Made by a program: the position numbers and the translations under genes. The notes beneath the pieces are model-generated. The model saw only the letters and a program-made list of their open reading frames with translations, was not told where the DNA came from and searched no databases. This document shows, piece by piece, positions 4,750 through 10,230 of a stretch of DNA of 10,230 bases (the stretch's first letter is position 1; the number at the start of each line of letters is the position of its first letter). The DNA comes from a virus: UHGV virus genome UHGV-0083157. One strand, given 5' to 3'.

Positions 4750-6216
4750 ATGGCAGAAATTACAGAAACACAAGAAAACCTACCTCCATTCAGAATGGGT
4801 GAGGTTGGGAGCCTTGGTTTAAAGGTTCGTAATGGAAGAATCTACGAAGAACCTAGACAAGCTTTAAGATTCCCAGAAAGTATTAAAACTTTCCAACTAA
4901 TGATGCGTGACCCCGCTGTAGCGGCATCTGTAAACATTATTAAGATGTTTGTTAGAAAAGTCAACTGGAGATTTGTTCCTCCGAAGGGAAAAGAACAAGA
5001 CCCTAAGATGATTGAACGGGCAGACTTCTTTAACTCTCTGATGGATGACATGGAGCATGATTGGGCTGACTTTATTAACTCTGTAATGTCATTCTGTACT
5101 TACGGATTCTGCGTGAATGAGAAAGTTTACAAGAAGCGTCAGGGTAATAAAGGGAAATACCCTTCAAGATATAATGATGGTTTAATTGGTTGGGCTAAAC
5201 TCCCTATCAGAAACCAGTCAACTCTTGATAAATGGTATTTTGATTCAGACTATCGAAAAGTAACAGGTGTTAGACAGAATCTGAGAAACGTTTCACACAT
5301 TGCTGGAGCTATTAATCTGGCTGAACAGCCACTAACAAGAAAACTTCCAAGAAGTAAATTCTTGCTGTTCAAATATGATGATGAGTACGGTAACCCAGAA
5401 GGTCGTTCACCATTACTTAATGCTTATGTACCTTGGAAATATAAAGTCCAAATTGAAGAGTACGAAGCAGTTGGTGTTTCCAGAGACTTAGTAGGTATGC
5501 CAAAGATTGGTTTACCACCTGATTATCTGGATGAGAATGCTGAACCTGAAAAGAAAGCTTTCGTAGAATACTGCAAATCTGTAGTTAATGATATGATTGC
5601 AAATGACCGAGCAGGTTTAATCTGGCCTAGATTCATCGACCCAGAAACTAAAGAGGATATCTTTGAGTTCTCATTAGTATCTAGACAGGGTGCAAAGGCT
5701 TACGATACCGGAGCTATCATTGACCGTTATTCTAAGCAGATTATGATGGCGTTTATGTCAGACGTTCTTGCAATGGGTCAGTCAAAATATGGTTCATTCT
5801 CTTTAGCAGATTCTAAGACAAGTTTACTTGCAATGTCTGTAGATATTCTTCTGAAACAAATCAGAAACGTAATTAACCGTGACCTAGTAGCACAGACTTA
5901 CGCTCTGAATATGTGGGATGATGAAGAACACGTTCAAATCGTTTATGACGACATTGAAACTCCAGACCTTGAAGCTATTGGTGCTTACATTCAGAAGACC
6001 GTTGCAGTTGGTGCTATGGAAGTTGATAAGGAACTGTCTAACAAGCTTAGAGAACACATTGGATTACCACCTGCTGATGAGTCTCAACCTGTGTCTGAAG
6101 AATTATCTCCTAACACTCAAAGTCGTTCAGGTGATGGTTATAAGACTGCCGGAGAGGGAACTGCGAAGACCCCTTCAGCAAAAGACCCAAGTACAGCGAA
6201 TAAGGCAAATAAATAA
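4750..6216 (+). CDS. Portal protein (putative; 488 aa from ATG 4750; ORF track uses GTG 4741)
   Basis: Follows TerL directly; AGGTGA SD 5 nt upstream of ATG 4750; size about 490 aa with acidic/low-complexity C-terminal tail; position between terminase and prohead protease. No direct homology check was possible. Confidence 0.65.
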   Translation: MAEITETQENLPPFRMGEVGSLGLKVRNGRIYEEPRQALRFPESIKTFQLMMRDPAVAASVNIIKMFVRKVNWRFVPPKGKEQDPKMIERADFFNSLMDDMEHDWADFINSVMSFCTYGFCVNEKVYKKRQGNKGKYPSRYNDGLIGWAKLPIRNQSTLDKWYFDSDYRKVTGVRQNLRNVSHIAGAINLAEQPLTRKLPRSKFLLFKYDDEYGNPEGRSPLLNAYVPWKYKVQIEEYEAVGVSRDLVGMPKIGLPPDYLDENAEPEKKAFVEYCKSVVNDMIANDRAGLIWPRFIDPETKEDIFEFSLVSRQGAKAYDTGAIIDRYSKQIMMAFMSDVLAMGQSKYGSFSLADSKTSLLAMSVDILLKQIRNVINRDLVAQTYALNMWDDEEHVQIVYDDIETPDLEAIGAYIQKTVAVGAMEVDKELSNKLREHIGLPPADESQPVSEELSPNTQSRSGDGYKTAGEGTAKTPSAKDPSTANKANK

Positions 6217-6584
6217 TGGCTGAAGTTATCTCTATTTCAAATGCTACACGAGTGCATTCGTATAGAGGTGTTCTGGTTATTACTGATACGTTATCTGTAG
6301 AGGCTGGCTCAAGGGTCAGCCTTTCAGGTTATGTAAGTGATGGTGGAACCTCTAACGTTTTCACTATTTGCAGGTTACTTGATGCTCCAATGAACGGAAA
6401 TTCGTTTATTTCAAACAATTGTAGCGAAATTGTTAAAATTCTATTTGACAGTTCATGCCTTTTGGGTGTAAAGTTATATAACTGTGAGAATAAACGTATA
6501 AACGTTAATAGCGTTGAAGCTGCGTTCATTACCATTGACACAGCATTTCAATCCCCAATGACAGTAAACAAGATCGGAGTCTAA
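6216..6584 (+). CDS. Hypothetical protein (122 aa, beta-rich, 4 Cys), start overlaps the portal stop (TAATG)
   Basis: ATG 6216-6218 overlaps portal TAA 6214-6216 (translational coupling); open to TAA 6582-6584; no recognisable motif. Confidence 0.5.
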   Translation: MAEVISISNATRVHSYRGVLVITDTLSVEAGSRVSLSGYVSDGGTSNVFTICRLLDAPMNGNSFISNNCSEIVKILFDSSCLLGVKLYNCENKRINVNSVEAAFITIDTAFQSPMTVNKIGV

Positions 6585-6624
6585 CAGACTTGAGTACATT
6601 TTTTCACAAAATGATTACAAAGTA

Positions 6625-6652
6625 CTTGTCAAAGGTAAAGTGTATGATATGA
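6625..6652 (+). promoter_or_regulatory. Candidate sigma70-like promoter (TTGTCA - 16 nt - TATGAT) in the 135-nt gap before ORF 6720
   Basis: -35-like TTGTCA 6625-6630 and -10-like TATGAT 6647-6652 in an AT-rich non-coding gap. Sequence-only call. Confidence 0.25.
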
Positions 6653-6719
6653 TTGTAAATGTGGTGGATGAATCTGGTAACCATTCAACAGTCCTTAAAC
6701 AGAAAGTAAGGTTCAATTA

Positions 6720-7052
6720 ATGGGAACATTAACTATTGATGGTAAGAATAAAATCCTCGCCACGCTAACCCCAACGACTATTGTTTTACACAATGTAGAC
6801 CCAACGGCAGACCCTACAGCAAATAAGGTTACTCAGCCAGTGGCTATTTATTTCTCTGAACCGAACAACGGCTTAATCGCCTCAGAAGATACAGTCAAGA
6901 TTACTGTACCAGCTTCTGCAACGGTCTCACACTATAGCCTATGGGATGCCAACGATAAATGCGTGGCAACAGGTGCTCTTAGCAGCCCTCAATTCTTTGC
7001 TGAAGAAGGTATCTATGTTATCGCTTCAGTATCGGTGGATTTAAACAAATAG
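6720..7052 (+). CDS. Hypothetical protein (110 aa, Thr/Val/Ala-rich, likely beta-rich)
   Basis: ATG 6720 with AAGG (6707-6710) upstream; stop TAG 7050-7052, 10 nt before the protease ATG; no recognisable motif. Confidence 0.5.
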   Translation: MGTLTIDGKNKILATLTPTTIVLHNVDPTADPTANKVTQPVAIYFSEPNNGLIASEDTVKITVPASATVSHYSLWDANDKCVATGALSSPQFFAEEGIYVIASVSVDLNK

Positions 7053-7062
7053 GGTGAGTAAA

Positions 7063-8406
7063 ATGAGTTCGAATATCTTCAGACTTGCTGATAGATTATT
7101 CAACCAACCTTTACTAGCCACTGAATCTCTAGCTCACTCAGCAGCGACTTATGTAAATAACCGCTTGTTAGGTGAAGTTCAAGCAGCAGTCAATTTCGAC
7201 AAACCTAAAGGTGAGGCAAGAAGTCTTTTAAAAGTTAAAGACGACATTGCTATTATCCCTATTATGGGTGGCCTAACACATCGTATGACATTTATGGATG
7301 CAATGTGTACTGGTGGTCTAAGTTCTTATGAAGGTTTACGCAGAGGCTTCGACGAAGCTTTAGCAGATGAATCTATTAAGACGATTGTACTGCACGTTGA
7401 TTCTGGTGGTGGTGAAGCTTCAGGTTGTTTTGAATTAGCACGTCACATCGTAGCCTCCAGAGGCAAAAAGAAAATTGTAGCATATGTTGATGAGTTCGCA
7501 TGTTCCGCTGCGTATGCACTTGCATGTTCTGCTGATGAAGTAATTGCATCACCAGATGCAGATGTTGGTTCAATCGGTGTAATTATGGTTCACCAAGAAT
7601 TAACTAAAGCGTTTGAAAAGAATGGCGTTACAATTAACGTTATTAAAGCTGGTGAATTTAAAGGTTTGGGTTCCCCATTCCAAGCACTCTCAGAAGAAAG
7701 CAAAACAAGACTTCAACAGAGAATTAATGACACCTATAACACCTTCACAGGTTTTGTAGCTGATTCACGTAATATCTCCGAAGAAGCTGTAAAGAATACT
7801 GAGGCGAATGTTTATTCTGCTCAGGAAGCTCTTGAACTTGGTTTAATTAATTCAATCATGTCTCAAGATGATTTCTTAAATTACTTACAAGGTTCTGATG
7901 AAGCTCCTGTAAGTTTAAACGTTAACAATTCAGGTGAAGAAATGACTGAACAAGAAAAGCAAGAACTAGAGGCTCTACGCGCTCAGGTTGCTCAGATGAA
8001 AGCAAAAGAACAGGAAAAAACTATGTCTGAACTGACTGGTAAGATTTCTGCTTCTGCTGAAGCTTTCGGGTTTGACGCAACAGAAGCTGCTCAGGCTATC
8101 TTAGGCGCTGGTCTTGACAACCCTCTGAGTGTTCTCTTTATGAATGCTATGGAAGGTGCTAACCAGAAACTAAATGAAACTATCGCGGCTCATGCTTCTG
8201 CACTGTCAGAGAAAGATTCCGAAATCACTAAGCTGAAAGAAACTGCTGGTGCTGTTCTGGAACACTCTAACGCAATGGAAGAAATGGGTAATGACGGTGA
8301 AGCAGAACTGGTTGACGAAGAAAAACCTTCTGAAAACGCATCTGATGACACCGCAGAACAACGCAAACTGGCTCTCCAGAATGCTTTGAAATCTCTTATC
8401 AAATAA
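7063..8406 (+). CDS. Prohead (head maturation) protease, S49/SppA-like, fused to a C-terminal coiled-coil scaffold-like domain (447 aa from ATG 7063; ORF track uses GTG 7054)
   Basis: GGTGA (7053-7057) 5 nt before ATG 7063; motifs IPIMGGLTH, HVDSGGGEASG and EFACSAAYALACSAD resemble the S49 (lambda gpC / SppA) Ser-Lys peptidase fold; residues from about 295 onward are acidic, Ala/Glu/Lys/Gln-rich and heptad-like, as in scaffolding proteins. Confidence 0.8.
   Translation: MSSNIFRLADRLFNQPLLATESLAHSAATYVNNRLLGEVQAAVNFDKPKGEARSLLKVKDDIAIIPIMGGLTHRMTFMDAMCTGGLSSYEGLRRGFDEALADESIKTIVLHVDSGGGEASGCFELARHIVASRGKKKIVAYVDEFACSAAYALACSADEVIASPDADVGSIGVIMVHQELTKAFEKNGVTINVIKAGEFKGLGSPFQALSEESKTRLQQRINDTYNTFTGFVADSRNISEEAVKNTEANVYSAQEALELGLINSIMSQDDFLNYLQGSDEAPVSLNVNNSGEEMTEQEKQELEALRAQVAQMKAKEQEKTMSELTGKISASAEAFGFDATEAAQAILGAGLDNPLSVLFMNAMEGANQKLNETIAAHASALSEKDSEITKLKETAGAVLEHSNAMEEMGNDGEAELVDEEKPSENASDDTAEQRKLALQNALKSLIK
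7919..7941 (+). repeat. Translation-initiation-region repeat copy 2 (ACGTTAACAATTCAGGTGA + AGAA) abutting an internal in-frame ATG of the protease gene
   Basis: 19-nt core 7919-7937 is identical to 4726-4744; SD-like AGGTGA (7932-7937) 4 nt before ATG 7942. Confidence 0.7.
7942..8406 (+). CDS. Putative nested scaffolding protein (154 aa) translated from an in-frame internal start within the protease gene (lambda C/Nu3-like arrangement)
   Basis: In-frame ATG 7942 preceded by a strong SD and the exact portal TIR repeat; it lies at the boundary between the protease domain and the coiled-coil domain; product MTEQEKQELEALRAQVAQMKAKEQEK... is helical and acidic. Confidence 0.4.
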   Translation: MTEQEKQELEALRAQVAQMKAKEQEKTMSELTGKISASAEAFGFDATEAAQAILGAGLDNPLSVLFMNAMEGANQKLNETIAAHASALSEKDSEITKLKETAGAVLEHSNAMEEMGNDGEAELVDEEKPSENASDDTAEQRKLALQNALKSLIK

Positions 8407-8418
8407 GGAACACAAATA

Positions 8419-8796
8419 ATGGCATATGAAGGTTTTACTCACTTAGGTAACAGAGAACCACTGAATGATATCATTCTTTGGGAACAGATTACACCAACAG
8501 GTCACTCTCGTAAGGAGTACGCTCCAGTCGCTTCCACAGAATACCGTGTAGGTGAAGTTCTGAAAGCTGATGGAACCAAAGTTGCAGCAGGTGAAGAAGC
8601 TCAGGCTGACTCTGTTTGCATCGTTAACTTCTACGCAGACCTGCAACTGTCTTACCACGGTCAGTTGAAAGTTGTTGGTATCTACCGTGATGCTGAACTG
8701 AAAGACCTCTTAACTCTGGCTGATGGCGTTGACGCTGCTGCTGTTAAGACTGCTCTTGCAGCGAAAGGCATTGATTTCGTACCAACTGGCCTGTAA
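8419..8796 (+). CDS. Putative head decoration/auxiliary capsid protein (125 aa), in the gpD-equivalent position
   Basis: ATG 8419 with AGGA (8406-8409) upstream; stop TAA 8794-8796; small protein between protease/scaffold and major capsid gene, as in lambda-like head modules. Function assigned from position and size only. Confidence 0.45.
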   Translation: MAYEGFTHLGNREPLNDIILWEQITPTGHSRKEYAPVASTEYRVGEVLKADGTKVAAGEEAQADSVCIVNFYADLQLSYHGQLKVVGIYRDAELKDLLTLADGVDAAAVKTALAAKGIDFVPTGL

Positions 8797-8826
8797 TAAC
8801 AATAAGACATTCTGGAGAATTTTATA

Positions 8827-9939
8827 ATGGCATTAACTAATTCTGAAAAAAGCAGATTTTTCCTTGCTGACCTGACTGGTGAAGTCCAGTCTATCCCAAA
8901 TACTTACGGTTATATTTCCGGTTTGGGTCTTTTCCGTTCTGCCCCAATTACTCAGACTACTTTCCTGATGGATTTAACTGAGTCTGACATTAGCTTACTG
9001 GATGCAGTAGACCGTACCAGCCGTAAAGCTGAGACGAGTGCTCCAGAGAGAGTTAAGCAGATTAGCTTCCCAATGATGTACTTCAAGGAAGTGGAGAGCA
9101 TTACTCCTGATGAAATTCAGGGTGTACGTCAGCCAGGCACTGCAAACGAACTGACTACTGAAGCTATCGTTCGTGCTCGTAAGCTGATGAAGATTCGCAC
9201 CAAGTTCGATATTACTCGTGAGTTCTTGTTCATGCAAGCTCTGAAGGGTAAAGTAATCGACGCTAACGGTGTTCTGTACGCTGACCTGTTCAAGCAGTTC
9301 GACGTTGAGAAGAAGACTGTTTACTTCGACCTTGACAATCCAAACGCTGATATCGACGCTGCTATCGAAGAACTTCGTATGCACATGGAAGATGAAGCTA
9401 AAGTTGGTACTGTAATCAACGGTGAAGAAATTCACATCGTTGTTGACCGTCTGTTCTTCAGCAAGCTTATCAAGCATCCGAAGATTCGTGACGCATACCT
9501 TGCACAGCAGACTCCGCTGGCTTGGCAGCAGATTACTGGCTCTCTGAGAACTGGTGGTACTGATGGCGTTCAGGCGCACATGAACACATTCTACTATGGT
9601 GGTGTGAAGTTTGTTCAGTACAATGGTAAGTTCCAAGATAAGCGTGGTAAGACTCACGTTCTGGTAAGCATCGACGGCGTAGCAAACACTGTAGGTGTTG
9701 GTCATGCGTTCCCTAACGTTTCTATGTTGGGTGAAGCTAACAACATCTTCGAAGTTGCATATGGCCCATGTCCTAAGATGGGTTACGCAAATACTCTTGG
9801 TCAGGAACTGTACGTATTCGAATACGAAAAAGACCGTGACGAAGGTATTGACTTCGAAGCTCACTCTTACATGCTGCCATACTGCACACGTCCTCAGTTG
9901 CTGGTAGACGTTCGTTCTGACGCTGCACCAGAAGGCTAA
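8827..9939 (+). CDS. Major capsid protein, lambda gpE-like family (370 aa)
   Basis: ATG 8827 with GGAG (8813-8816) upstream; stop TAA 9937-9939; several segments resemble lambda gpE as recalled from memory (ALKGKV vs VLKGKY; YYGGVKFVQYNG vs MYGDVAIVVYSGQY); position after protease-scaffold-decoration genes. Confidence 0.8.
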   Translation: MALTNSEKSRFFLADLTGEVQSIPNTYGYISGLGLFRSAPITQTTFLMDLTESDISLLDAVDRTSRKAETSAPERVKQISFPMMYFKEVESITPDEIQGVRQPGTANELTTEAIVRARKLMKIRTKFDITREFLFMQALKGKVIDANGVLYADLFKQFDVEKKTVYFDLDNPNADIDAAIEELRMHMEDEAKVGTVINGEEIHIVVDRLFFSKLIKHPKIRDAYLAQQTPLAWQQITGSLRTGGTDGVQAHMNTFYYGGVKFVQYNGKFQDKRGKTHVLVSIDGVANTVGVGHAFPNVSMLGEANNIFEVAYGPCPKMGYANTLGQELYVFEYEKDRDEGIDFEAHSYMLPYCTRPQLLVDVRSDAAPEG

Positions 9940-9959
9940 TACTTGAAAGGGGGTTATAA

Positions 9960-10230
9960 ATGTGTTATACAGGCGACCCAGCCAATAACCCTCTTGATAG
10001 AGTAAGAATCCTCTGCACCGACACCAATAATGATGAACTTCTCATTGAACAGTCGGTGCTAGAGTGGTTCTATGTGGAATCTGGTAAAGACGAAAAGAAA
10101 GCAGCCATCAAAGCTCTTAAATATTTACTCTTTCAAGTAGCCAAGATGGGAGATGAGAAAGTTGGTGGTGTTTACTTACGTAACTCTTCCAGATTCAAGT
10201 CTCTAAAAGCTGTCTACGACGACCTGATTA
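9960..10230 (+). CDS. Hypothetical head-associated protein, 3'-truncated by window end (at least 90 aa; possibly a head-tail connector or head completion protein by position)
   Basis: ATG 9960 preceded by GGGGG (9949-9953); open frame with no stop to the window end (MCYTGDPANNPLDRVRILCTDTNNDELLIEQSVLEWFYVESGKDEKK...); not in the ORF track because it has no stop in the window. Confidence 0.45.
   Translation, partial: MCYTGDPANNPLDRVRILCTDTNNDELLIEQSVLEWFYVESGKDEKKAAIKALKYLLFQVAKMGDEKVGGVYLRNSSRFKSLKAVYDDLI

Noticed and set aside
4842-6223. ORF 4842-5051 (-) and ORF 5918-6223 (+, alternative frame) inside the portal gene
   Set aside because: Nested in or antisense to the long portal ORF, with no RBS.
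6329-6541. Minus-strand ORF 6329-6541
   Set aside because: Antisense to ORF 6216-6584; no start signals.
6658-6720. 20-codon micro-ORF (ATG 6658) ending in a TAATG overlap with ORF 6720
   Set aside because: No SD, very short; the region is more plausibly a promoter and 5' UTR.
7054-7062. GTG 7054 as the protease start (ORF track)
   Set aside because: No RBS in front of it; ATG 7063 lies 5 nt downstream of GGTGA.
7376-8658. Minus-strand ORFs 7376-7573, 8190-8402, 8206-8442 and 8443-8658
   Set aside because: Antisense to the protease/scaffold and decoration genes; low-complexity mirror frames typical of antisense to GAA/GCT-rich coding sequence.
8995-9907. Minus-strand ORF 8995-9864 (289 aa) and + strand ORF 9695-9907 inside the major capsid gene
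   Set aside because: The + strand capsid frame has lambda-E-like motifs and an RBS; the long antisense frame is most likely a by-product of codon bias and its product is low-complexity.
1-10230. CRISPR array, integrase or transposase, or other mobile-element signatures
   Set aside because: No direct repeats with spacers, no recombinase-like ORF, and no terminal inverted repeats were seen; the only notable repeat is the 19-nt TIR duplication.

Overview
This window looks like a tailed dsDNA phage segment, all encoded on the + strand. The first 2.7 kb is a dense array of 13 tRNA genes (folded by hand; each is followed by a genomically encoded CCA), interleaved with three tightly packed ORFs of unknown function. 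Two hairpin/U-tract terminators follow at about 2722-2870. The rest is a lambda-like packaging and head module: a small ORF, large terminase, portal, two small unknown ORFs, an S49-type prohead protease with a coiled-coil scaffold-like C-terminal domain, a decoration-position protein, an E-like major capsid protein, and the start of a further gene that runs off the window. The most notable observation is an exact 19-nt repeat placed immediately upstream of both the portal start codon and an in-frame internal ATG at the protease/scaffold domain boundary, which suggests a nested scaffold gene as in lambda C/Nu3. I could not run homology searches or tRNA-finding software, so product names rest on motif recognition and gene order, and tRNA boundaries may be off by a base or two.
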